Origin: Planctomycetota bacterium
GTDB lineage: Bacteria > Planctomycetota > UBA1135
Direction of reading: 5' to 3'
DNA length: 64,000 bases
NCBI GenBank assembly: GCA_045047305.1
Contig: JASFYO010000036.1
Span: forward strand, 14,326-78,325
Shown here: in pieces, positions 9,864-18,033 of the stretch
Numbering within the stretch: position 1 is the stretch's first letter
Layout: every line of letters starts with the position of its first letter
Position numbers and translations under genes: made by a program
The notes under the pieces: generated by a model
The model's database searches: none
What the model was told of the DNA's origin: nothing
The model's input: only the letters and a program-made list of their open reading frames with translations

Positions 9864-10486
9864 TGAATAAGGAAACCAAAGACATCCTTCTGGGGCCTGT
9901 CCACCTGAAGAACCCGATTACCTTGCAAGTACTTGGTATTTGTTCGGCACTTGCGGTAACCACACAACTTCAGCCAGCATTCGTCATGAGCGCCGCCCTC
10001 ATGTTCGTGTTGGTCGGCTCCAACGTGACCATCTCGTTGTTGCGCAATAAAATCCCTGGCAGCATTCGAGTCATCACGCAACTGGCCATCATCGCTTCCT
10101 TGGTGATTCTGGCTGACCAGATCATGAAGGCCTACTTGTTCGATGTGAGTAAGCAGCTTTCGGTGTTCGTCGGTTTGATCATTACCAACTGCATTGTGAT
10201 GGGCCGCGCCGAAGCCTTTGCCATGGCTAATCCACCGGCGAAAGCCGCTTTAGATGGCATCGGTAACGCGCTTGGTTATTCGGTGATCCTCATCATCGTC
10301 GGCTTCTTCCGCGAACTACTTGGCTCCGGAAAACTGCTTGGACACGTGGTCATGCCAACTGTCAATAACGGCGGCTGGTACAGCCCGAACGGCCTCATGG
10401 TGCTGTCACCGGGCGCTTTCTTCATCATTGGCCTACTCATCTGGGCGCAACGCACCTACGCCAAAGAGCTGGTGGAGGAGAACTAA
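9863..10486 (+). CDS. nqrD: Na+-NQR subunit D
   Basis: Diagnostic stretches are [18 protein letters not shown] and [16 protein letters not shown]. The ATG at 9863 overlaps the nqrC stop (TGATG). The track start at GTG 9860 is one codon earlier. Confidence 0.92.
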   Translation: MNKETKDILLGPVHLKNPITLQVLGICSALAVTTQLQPAFVMSAALMFVLVGSNVTISLLRNKIPGSIRVITQLAIIASLVILADQIMKAYLFDVSKQLSVFVGLIITNCIVMGRAEAFAMANPPAKAALDGIGNALGYSVILIIVGFFRELLGSGKLLGHVVMPTVNNGGWYSPNGLMVLSPGAFFIIGLLIWAQRTYAKELVEEN

Positions 10487-11103
10487 TGGAACTCATCAAC
10501 TTGTTCCTCAAAGCCACGTTCATCGAGAACATGGCACTCGCTTTTTTCCTCGGCATGTGTTCCTTCTTGGCCGTGTCGAAAAAGGTAGACACGGCTGTCG
10601 GCCTTGGCGTTGCTGTGATTTTCGTGCTTGCGATCACCACGCCCCTCAACAACCTCATTTACGAGTACCTGTTGAAAGAAGGAGCGCTTAGCTGGCTTCT
10701 TGGGGCTGAAAAAGCTTCGACGGTGAATTTAGAGTTCTTAACCTTCATCGTGTTCATTGCCACGATTGCTGCCATTGTGCAGATTGTAGAAATGGCCATC
10801 GATAAGTTCTCGCCGGCTCTCTACGGATCGCTAGGCGTGTTCCTCCCCTTGATCGCTGTGAACTGTGCCATTCTTGGTGGTTCGCTATTCATGGTTCAAC
10901 GTGAGTACAACCTAGTTGAAAGTACAGTTTTTGGCATTGGAGCCGGAACTGGGTTTGCTCTTGCGATTGTGGCGCTTGCCGCGATTCGTGAAAAAATGAA
11001 ATACTCAAACGTCCCCCATGGCTTACGCGGCCTTGGCATCACCTTCATTACTGCTGGGCTCATGGCTATGGGTTTCATGATATTTGGAGGCATTCAGCTT
11101 TAG
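10486..11103 (+). CDS. nqrE: Na+-NQR subunit E
   Basis: [20 protein letters not shown] and AVNCAILGG mark it as an NqrD/RnfA-type paralog. Its start overlaps the nqrD stop by 1 nt (TAATG). Confidence 0.92.
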   Translation: MELINLFLKATFIENMALAFFLGMCSFLAVSKKVDTAVGLGVAVIFVLAITTPLNNLIYEYLLKEGALSWLLGAEKASTVNLEFLTFIVFIATIAAIVQIVEMAIDKFSPALYGSLGVFLPLIAVNCAILGGSLFMVQREYNLVESTVFGIGAGTGFALAIVALAAIREKMKYSNVPHGLRGLGITFITAGLMAMGFMIFGGIQL

Positions 11104-11119
11104 GCGCTGAGAAAGGATC

Positions 11120-12352
11120 ATGGATACCACAGTAATTTTCATGGGCGTCGGCGGCTTTACCGTCATTGTCATCGCCTTGGTTTTCATTCTGCTCGCTGCC
11201 AAATCAAAGCTGGTTTCTAGCGGAAACGTAAAGATGGTGGTCAACGGCAAAGAGGCCGACGCCTTCTCCGTCCCAGCTGGCGGTAACTTGCTCACCACCT
11301 TGGCTGAGCAAAAGATTTTCATCCCATCCGCATGTGGCGGTGGTGGCACTTGCGGCCAGTGCTTAGTGCAAATCGATGAGGGTGGCGGCGCATTACTTCC
11401 AACCGAAGAAACACACATCAACCGCGGCATGGCGAAAGACCACTGGCGCTTGTCATGTCAGGTCAAGGTCAAGGAAGACATGAAACTGCACGTCGACGAG
11501 TCCATCTTCTCGGTCAAAAAATGGGAGTGCGATGTGGTTTCGAACCACAACGTGGCCACTTTCATCAAGGAATTTGTAGTGCAGCTCCCTGAAGGTGAGC
11601 AAATCGACTACCAATCGGGCGGTTACATCCAGATTGAAATTCCTCCGCACAAAATCCCATACACCGATTACGACATCGAAGACGAGTACCGCGAGGACTG
11701 GGACAACTTCAAGATTTGGGAGAACACTTCCATTACCACCGACACCGTGGAGCGCGCTTATTCCATGGCTTCTTATCCTGCGGAAGGCAACCGCATCATG
11801 CTGAATGTTCGTATTGCAACGCCTCCCCCGCGTTCCGAAGGCATTCCAACTGGCAAAGGATCAAGCTACATCTTTGACCAGAAGCCTGGCGACAAGGTGA
11901 TCATATCCGGGCCATTTGGAGAGTTTTTCCTGAAGGACAATGATCGCGAAATGGTGTTCATCGGCGGTGGCGCAGGCATGGCGCCTATGCGTTCGCACCT
12001 GATGCACTTGTTCCGTACCTTGAAGACCGACAAGAAAGTGTCGTTCTGGTACGGCGCACGTTCTCTACGGGAAGCCTTCTACGTTCATGAGTTCGATGCC
12101 ATCGCCGAGGATTTCCCGAACTTCGAGTGGCACCTGGCGTTGAGCGATCCATTGCCGGAAGACAACTGGAAGGGCAAAACTGGATTCATTCACCAGGTAC
12201 TCATGGATAGTTACCTCAATGACCACGAAGCCCCTGAGGAATGTCAGTACTACATGTGCGGACCTCCAATGATGAACAAAGCCTGCCAGAACATGCTGAG
12301 TGAGCTTGGCGTAGAGCCTGAAGACGTCTTCCTCGACGACTTCGGCGGTTAA
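11120..12352 (+). CDS. nqrF: Na+-NQR subunit F (2Fe-2S, FAD, NADH-binding)
   Basis: It has an N-terminal helix, the 2Fe-2S motif [10 protein letters not shown], the flavin site RAYSMASYP and the NADH site [12 protein letters not shown]. Confidence 0.93.
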   Translation: MDTTVIFMGVGGFTVIVIALVFILLAAKSKLVSSGNVKMVVNGKEADAFSVPAGGNLLTTLAEQKIFIPSACGGGGTCGQCLVQIDEGGGALLPTEETHINRGMAKDHWRLSCQVKVKEDMKLHVDESIFSVKKWECDVVSNHNVATFIKEFVVQLPEGEQIDYQSGGYIQIEIPPHKIPYTDYDIEDEYREDWDNFKIWENTSITTDTVERAYSMASYPAEGNRIMLNVRIATPPPRSEGIPTGKGSSYIFDQKPGDKVIISGPFGEFFLKDNDREMVFIGGGAGMAPMRSHLMHLFRTLKTDKKVSFWYGARSLREAFYVHEFDAIAEDFPNFEWHLALSDPLPEDNWKGKTGFIHQVLMDSYLNDHEAPEECQYYMCGPPMMNKACQNMLSELGVEPEDVFLDDFGG

Positions 12353-12391
12353 GTTTTCCTGGCCCCCACCAACATCCGGTAACATGTCCAA

Positions 12392-13447
12392 ATGGACGGT
12401 TGCCGGATGTTTCTTTTTGGGGTTGTACTTTTATTCCCAGCGCTCAGCTGTGGGCAAAAGCCGCATACTCTGACTCTTGTAGAAGCGCCTGCGGGCATAG
12501 TTTTCCAGCTCCAAGGCGACACTATGGGTGTGCGCTGGAATGTCACCACCATGGGTGCGGACGGGGAGCTAACGAGCATCACCGAGGACTTGCAAAATGC
12601 AGTTGGGCAGGTCGATGATCATATGTCCACCTATAAGCCGGATTCAGAAATCAGTCGTTTCGGTACAGCCTCTGCGCATCAAGATTTTGCAGTTTCCGCA
12701 GACACAGCTTTTGTGGTCCAAGAAGCATTACGCATTTCCGCTCTCACCGATGGAGCTTTCGATGCCACCGTCATGCCTCTCGTCGACCTGTGGGGATTTG
12801 GTCCAGCAAAGGCCAGCGACTCCGCCCCTAGTGCAGAGCAAATTGCAGATGCCCTCAGCCGGTGCGGATATCAAAAGGTCCAACTTCCAGCCGTCCATAC
12901 GCTGCGAAAATCCGTCGAAGGACTGCGCCTAGACCTCTCTGCGATTGCCAAGGGTTACGGCGTTGATGCCATGTGCGCGGCGCTCGATGCCGCCGGACAC
13001 CAAAATTACTTGGTCGAAGTTGGTGGAGAGCTTCGTGTCAAAGGAGTTTCTTCCGACGGCACCCCATGGCGCATAGGTATTGACACTCCGCGCGACATGA
13101 CCCTTCCCGGCACCCAACTGCAAGGCGCGATGGAAGTTGGCGACATCGCGATTGCCACTAGCGGCGATTACCGCAACTTCCGTGAAATCGACGGTAAGCG
13201 TGTGTCGCACACCATCGACCCACGCAGCGGATATCCGGTCGACCACGGTTTGGCTTCGGTCAGCATTCTCGCCCCTACCTGCCTCGAAGCCGACGCGCTG
13301 GCGACCGCATGCATGGTGCTCGGCCCCGAGGAAGCTTTAGCGTTGATTGAACGTCTGGATAACGTGGAGATTTTCTTGTTGGTACGCGATGGTGATGGAT
13401 TTCTTGAACAAAGCAGTAAGGGATTCCCAGAAATTGAAACGCTCTAA
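12392..13447 (+). CDS. apbE: FAD:protein FMN transferase (flavinylates NqrB and NqrC)
   Basis: There is a lipoprotein-like leader (LLFPALSCGQ). ApbE-type motifs MSTYKPDSEISRFG and IATSGDYRNF are present. It sits directly after nqrF. An alternative start is ATG 12407. Confidence 0.88.
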   Translation: MDGCRMFLFGVVLLFPALSCGQKPHTLTLVEAPAGIVFQLQGDTMGVRWNVTTMGADGELTSITEDLQNAVGQVDDHMSTYKPDSEISRFGTASAHQDFAVSADTAFVVQEALRISALTDGAFDATVMPLVDLWGFGPAKASDSAPSAEQIADALSRCGYQKVQLPAVHTLRKSVEGLRLDLSAIAKGYGVDAMCAALDAAGHQNYLVEVGGELRVKGVSSDGTPWRIGIDTPRDMTLPGTQLQGAMEVGDIAIATSGDYRNFREIDGKRVSHTIDPRSGYPVDHGLASVSILAPTCLEADALATACMVLGPEEALALIERLDNVEIFLLVRDGDGFLEQSSKGFPEIETL

Positions 13448-13456
13448 AGCACCCCT

Positions 13457-15973
13457 GTGAAAAATTCCCTCCTATGGATTGTTGTTAGCTTCTTAGCAAT
13501 CGGTGCATGGTGGGTCTGGGACTCCACTACGAAGCCTCTCGATAAAAATGCCCTGAACGAGGCTGCAGAGATTGCCCCAAGCGCGATCGAGCCTATAGCT
13601 GCTACCGAAGTCGCCCCTCCACCCACTCCAGAAAGAAGTCAGCTATCCAGCCAGCCAGTTCTGGAGACCCTCGAGGCTTCAGCCGATCAAATCCTCTTGA
13701 CCGTGGTCCAGGCAAGCACGGGAGAAGCTATTCCAGACATGGAAATTCTATGGCAAGAATTCCCTCCAACGGAACACCTTGCTTTGGACGAGTTGGATTC
13801 CATTCTCGCGCAGTCGGGCAATCATGGACGGACGAATCAAGCAGGCCAAATTTTATTACCCAACAACGGTCTAGGCTTAGAAGTGATCGCGCAAGGCCGG
13901 GGCCGGTATGGCCATGCACGTAGATGGTGGAAAGATAAATCCGAATCCATGCAGATCAAAGCAGCCATGGATCAAACGGTGCGCGTTTTCGTAACTCTCG
14001 CCGATGGCCGCCCGGCACAAGACGTCGTGGTGAAATACGTGCAAATCTACGGCAAAGAAATGAGTCGATCGCGGCATTCTTCACGCACCAACGCCCAAGG
14101 GCTTGCACAGCTAGAACATTTACAAGTTTCCATGGTCGATGCAGACTCAAATCTCATGCAGGCCATCCTAGTTGGTGTTCCCACTGGAGAAACGGTTCAA
14201 GAGCTATTCCACTTGCGGGACGGACCACCCAAGGAAATTCGTTTTCAGTTGCCCGCTACGGGCTTCGTCAAGGTAGTGATGAAGCAAGCTAACGGCATCA
14301 TTTTCCCAGACGGAACCTTAGTGCGGCTACAAAAGAACGGCGAGATAAGCAGCAATAATGAGTCCCTTCTTGGTTTAGACACGCGTAAAACCATTAACGG
14401 TCAAGTTCTTTTTCCGGTTGGGCTAAACCTCAACCTAGTCGCTAGCACTTATCTGCAAGAGCATCGGAGTACGCTCACTGCGTCTGGGAAAGGCCCTACC
14501 TTGCCCGGCGAAACCGTCACCTTGAACTTTCAGCAGGAGGAAGAACCCTGCTTTATTAGCGGTCGTTTTGTGCAAAAAGATGGCACGCCTATATCCAATA
14601 AACAAATAAGCGGCAATCTGGCTTCGCGCAGTATAGGCCAAGGTTTTCGCACTCAAACCGAAGCAGACGGCCACTTCAAATTGCCCATTCGCGACCGCCA
14701 TTTCTCCACCGAAGACCCTTATGACGATGGCATCCCCTTCCGCATTGCACAGTTTGCCTACAAGCCCCATGCCGGAGAGATGTGGTCTGGCCAGTTGCAT
14801 CTCAATCGCACCTTAATGCCGGGAGAAAACCAAGTGGGTGACATCGTCCTTGGTGCTGAACTTTTGATCTCCGGGCAGGTAGTGGATCAATATGGCAACC
14901 CTGTACCAGAAGCTTATTTAGGTGTGCGTGGCACCAGCACGGAATGGAAGACCTTCAGGGGGGATCCACTCAAAGTTAACGTTGGTGGTAGCTATTTGAA
15001 TTCAGGGTCGGACGGGCGTTTTGCAATACACGGAACCGATTCCGTTTCCTTATTGCTTATCAAAGTTTTGTGTCCTGGATATGTCATGCAGGACTTCGAA
15101 CGGAACCCGGGTATGGCGGACCAAACCTTGGTGGTGCAGAAAGGAGAAGCTTGGGATATCCAATTATTGCTCGACCCTGAGATTCCAACTTCCGCTTTCA
15201 ACGCAAGCCTGCATATTGATTTCGGAAATGGAAGAAGCAGCGTGCGTTCGGTCTATTTCAAACCTCAAGATGGCGTGCTCACCGCAAGGGTCGATAGCCC
15301 AGAGCCCGGCATATACACCTTCAAACTCACCAGCGCAGTTCTGCACGAAGAAATCCTTGCGATTCCGGGAGTCCAATTCATTCCTGGTAATCCCTTAGAT
15401 CCAAGGCTGAGCCCCATCGACTTACGCGGGAAAATTTTCAAACGCAGCCTGCATGTGATTGGAGCAGACGGCGAAGCTCCACCCTCCTACACTTTTGCCC
15501 CTCCGAGTCGTAGCAGAGGCGCGTTGCTGCCGAATGATTCCGAGCTCTACACCGCAATGCGGAGTTGGGAAGTTCAAGTTTGGCAAGATTCCAAAGCGCA
15601 GAAGGTCGTCATTCAACAACCTCAAACCGAGGTCTACCTGGAAAGCCCTTACCTCGTGGAAGTAGTCTTGGATCCGTTCCCGACCTTAAGGCCAGGCAGT
15701 AAATTATGGATTAACCTAACCCAACAGGAGCACTCCATCCATTCGGAACACCTTCTGAATCCAGGTGAGCCGTTGCTTTTCAAACTCCGGGCCGATGGCA
15801 AATACACTATTCACTTTAACGAGAAGTTCGCTGAAGTAGATGCGACAGGAAGCGGCAACCAAAGTCTTTGCTTCGGTCCAGAAAATCAACTGACTCTTCA
15901 CGCAGAGGCACTAGCGTCTGAGAAAATAAGCAAATGGCAGTTTGATGGCAGCCAGTTGCACCCGAAAGACTAG
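13457..15973 (+). CDS. Signal-anchored multi-beta-sandwich envelope protein, subfamily A
   Basis: A GTG start lies 9 nt after the apbE stop. The anchor is MKNSLLWIVVSFLAIGAWWVW. The protein is colinear with <1..2186 and 45677..47362 (LISGQVVDQYGNP; VVQKGEAWDIQLLLDPEIPTSAF; SPIDLRGKIFKRSL). Confidence 0.8.
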   Translation: MKNSLLWIVVSFLAIGAWWVWDSTTKPLDKNALNEAAEIAPSAIEPIAATEVAPPPTPERSQLSSQPVLETLEASADQILLTVVQASTGEAIPDMEILWQEFPPTEHLALDELDSILAQSGNHGRTNQAGQILLPNNGLGLEVIAQGRGRYGHARRWWKDKSESMQIKAAMDQTVRVFVTLADGRPAQDVVVKYVQIYGKEMSRSRHSSRTNAQGLAQLEHLQVSMVDADSNLMQAILVGVPTGETVQELFHLRDGPPKEIRFQLPATGFVKVVMKQANGIIFPDGTLVRLQKNGEISSNNESLLGLDTRKTINGQVLFPVGLNLNLVASTYLQEHRSTLTASGKGPTLPGETVTLNFQQEEEPCFISGRFVQKDGTPISNKQISGNLASRSIGQGFRTQTEADGHFKLPIRDRHFSTEDPYDDGIPFRIAQFAYKPHAGEMWSGQLHLNRTLMPGENQVGDIVLGAELLISGQVVDQYGNPVPEAYLGVRGTSTEWKTFRGDPLKVNVGGSYLNSGSDGRFAIHGTDSVSLLLIKVLCPGYVMQDFERNPGMADQTLVVQKGEAWDIQLLLDPEIPTSAFNASLHIDFGNGRSSVRSVYFKPQDGVLTARVDSPEPGIYTFKLTSAVLHEEILAIPGVQFIPGNPLDPRLSPIDLRGKIFKRSLHVIGADGEAPPSYTFAPPSRSRGALLPNDSELYTAMRSWEVQVWQDSKAQKVVIQQPQTEVYLESPYLVEVVLDPFPTLRPGSKLWINLTQQEHSIHSEHLLNPGEPLLFKLRADGKYTIHFNEKFAEVDATGSGNQSLCFGPENQLTLHAEALASEKISKWQFDGSQLHPKD

Positions 15974-15979
15974 TCGCGA

Positions 15980-16261
15980 CTAAACCTCAAAAGCAGGTCC
16001 GCCTTCGCGCACCTTCTTGAAGTAGTCCTTGCGCTTAGGGTTGCCAAGCTCTGCAAGCAGCACCATTTCATTGCCTTCATCGGAGGCACAGATGTCTGCG
16101 TCCTTGCGTGCACACACGCAGTCGCCGAGCAAATCGGCCTCTACGGCATCGGCAGAGCCACCACAGGACTTCGCGAGCTTTTTACCGTTTACAATCACCC
16201 CAACTGCCATCGCGACAATCGCGACCGCAAACACAGCGAAGCCAAGCAGGATGGTAGTCAT
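15980..16261 (-). CDS. nqrM: Na+-NQR maturation protein NqrM (DUF539)
   Basis: The product is 93 aa with one N-terminal TM helix (MTTILLGFAVFAVAIVAMAVGVIV). That is followed by KSCGG and three further Cys (DCVC...IC), giving four Cys in total. This is the described NqrM architecture. Confidence 0.72.
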   Translation of the reverse strand: MTTILLGFAVFAVAIVAMAVGVIVNGKKLAKSCGGSADAVEADLLGDCVCARKDADICASDEGNEMVLLAELGNPKRKDYFKKVREGGPAFEV

Positions 16262-16306
16262 GGTGCTCTATTTTAGCACCATTTCAGCGTTCCTCCAGAG
16301 CAGACT

Positions 16307-16564
16307 TTAGATCTGGAATTCGTCGTCAAGGTCGAGAGCGTAGTAAGTGCCCCCATCGACCATTGGCTCAGCACGCACAAGACGGCCGCGGTATTCCTTG
16401 CCATCGATTTTTACCACCACCGAAATCCGCCCAGTGGCGCGGATCAGTAAACCATGGGAGGAAGCATTCACGGTTTCGCCCTCAAGCGAACCCGCAGCAA
16501 GCATCATCGCGGTCGGTGCAGTGTGTTCCTTGCGCTCCGAGCGCCTTCTATCGTATTCGGTCAT
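16307..16564 (-). CDS. Stand-alone PilZ-domain protein (putative c-di-GMP receptor)
   Basis: The product is 85 aa. It has an RxxxR motif (RRRSER) 22 residues upstream of a (D/N)xSxxG motif (NASSHG). Confidence 0.65.
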   Translation of the reverse strand: MTEYDRRRSERKEHTAPTAMMLAAGSLEGETVNASSHGLLIRATGRISVVVKIDGKEYRGRLVRAEPMVDGGTYYALDLDDEFQI

Positions 16565-16583
16565 CGTTGGTCGTTCTTAGGGG

Positions 16584-17315
16584 CTAGTTGCGGTCAGGGA
16601 ACATGTAAGGGAAGATTCCCTCGATGATCATTTCCTTGCCGTCTTCGTCGATGGGATCTTCGTTCATGAAGACGTCAAACAAAGCGTAACAAACATGTAG
16701 ATTTTCAATCACTGGATATTTGTGATTATTCACGATGGTATGCAGCTTGCCGCCAGTTTCCCAAATGAAAATGATTTCATCGCCTTCATCTAATTGACCA
16801 GATGCGAAATAACCACGCAGCTGCTTCATCGCAGCCAGGCCGATATCCAAAGCCTTCTTGTCTTTGGCAATCTTCTTGATACCAGGCTCAAGGATGTCAT
16901 CGAAAGCTTCGGCAACATCTTCGCCATCGACATCTCGGGCCATGACCCAACGCAGCGACTTGTTGTACTTATCCGAAAGGAACGCCTTATGGAACTTTTT
17001 ATCCTTAAGTGCACGCTTCAGGCTCATGTTGCCGGCAGCTTTGCGCAAAATCGGCAATGCAGCTTCACGGTCGGCGTACCAACCAAATCCATAAACGTCC
17101 ACTTGAAAGATGGTCTTCTCTCGCACGCCGGTGCCAAAAAGATGGTGACGCTGGCCGCCTAGAGAATCCAGGTCCATCCAAATCGGGAATGGTATACCGG
17201 TTTCAGTCTCAATGACAGTAGGCGCGACTTCCTTAGCCTTCTTAGGCTCTTGGGTCTGCGCGAAAGCTGCGAGTGGCAGCAGGGCAAGCAAGGTGATGGC
17301 GATGGGTCGAAGCAT
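16584..17315 (-). CDS. Secreted chalcone-isomerase-like family protein
   Basis: ATG 17315 is preceded by GGAGG 7 nt upstream and gives the signal peptide MLRPIAITLLALLPLAAFAQ. The core FGTGVREKTIFQVDVYGFGWYAD resembles bacterial chalcone-isomerase-like proteins. The track start at TTG 17363 is less likely. Confidence 0.55.
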   Translation of the reverse strand: MLRPIAITLLALLPLAAFAQTQEPKKAKEVAPTVIETETGIPFPIWMDLDSLGGQRHHLFGTGVREKTIFQVDVYGFGWYADREAALPILRKAAGNMSLKRALKDKKFHKAFLSDKYNKSLRWVMARDVDGEDVAEAFDDILEPGIKKIAKDKKALDIGLAAMKQLRGYFASGQLDEGDEIIFIWETGGKLHTIVNNHKYPVIENLHVCYALFDVFMNEDPIDEDGKEMIIEGIFPYMFPDRN

Positions 17316-17359
17316 GGTTTTTCCTCCGCCAGCAGTATAGGTGTTCAGGCTAGGTCGCT

Positions 17360-17860
17360 TCAAGACAGCCTACGGCGGCACTCTTGGACGAATTCCGCAG
17401 CCCCTGAGCCGTCCAGAGGCACGACCACAGCCGCCGTCGGCGATAATTGAAGGTATGCGCGCCCCTCATCCTCTACGATTCCAACCAGCGACGCCCACGG
17501 AAGGCAACTTTCCGCCGTGGCAATACGAGCATCGATCCCCTCCTCCGTGATCTCTAAACAATAGTCGCCGAGAATCGCGGCCGCTGCTCCGGCGCGCTCC
17601 AGTTTGCGTAAATGTTTATGTGTGCGAAACTCAGCCAATTTCGGATAAAGAATGATCCACGCAAAGGCCAGACTCATCATGGAGCCACCCACCACCCAGT
17701 CGCCCAAACTCAAACCTGCAAAAATGCCAAAGGTGAAGTAAACCACCGGCAACCCGATGTGACTGATTTTGCGCGCGCGGGCTAAGCTCGGCACGGTGCG
17801 GTTCACGTACAACGTGAACGCTGCCCAATCTTCAAAGCGCAAGGTGTATTCAAGCTTCAT
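17360..17860 (-). CDS. Membrane protein with YcxB-like C-terminal domain
   Basis: Two central hydrophobic helices are followed by CLEITEEGIDARIATAESCLPWASLVGIVEDEGRAYLQL, which has a YcxB-like pattern. Confidence 0.5.
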   Translation of the reverse strand: MKLEYTLRFEDWAAFTLYVNRTVPSLARARKISHIGLPVVYFTFGIFAGLSLGDWVVGGSMMSLAFAWIILYPKLAEFRTHKHLRKLERAGAAAAILGDYCLEITEEGIDARIATAESCLPWASLVGIVEDEGRAYLQLSPTAAVVVPLDGSGAAEFVQECRRRLS

Positions 17861-17871
17861 GGCGGATGCGG

Positions 17872-18033
17872 CTAAAGGTCTTCAGGCGGGATGGGGTCGT
17901 CGTCGAGCAGCATGCGATGGCTTGGCGTATCTAAGTCATCAAATTGACCACGACGGACGGCCCAAGTAAATCCCCATACTGCAGCCGCGGCAATGAGCAG
18001 GGCTAAAGGAAGTACGATGAAGAGAACCGTCAT
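17872..18033 (-). CDS. ccoS: cbb3 oxidase maturation protein CcoS
   Basis: This 53-aa ORF is below the track threshold and was translated by hand: MTVLFIVLPLALLIAAAAVWGFTWAVRRGQFDDLDTPSHRMLLDDDPIPPEDL. It carries the CcoS signature W-A-x-x-x-GQFDDL. Its ATG overlaps the ccoI stop as ATGA. Confidence 0.8.
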   Translation of the reverse strand: MTVLFIVLPLALLIAAAAVWGFTWAVRRGQFDDLDTPSHRMLLDDDPIPPEDL

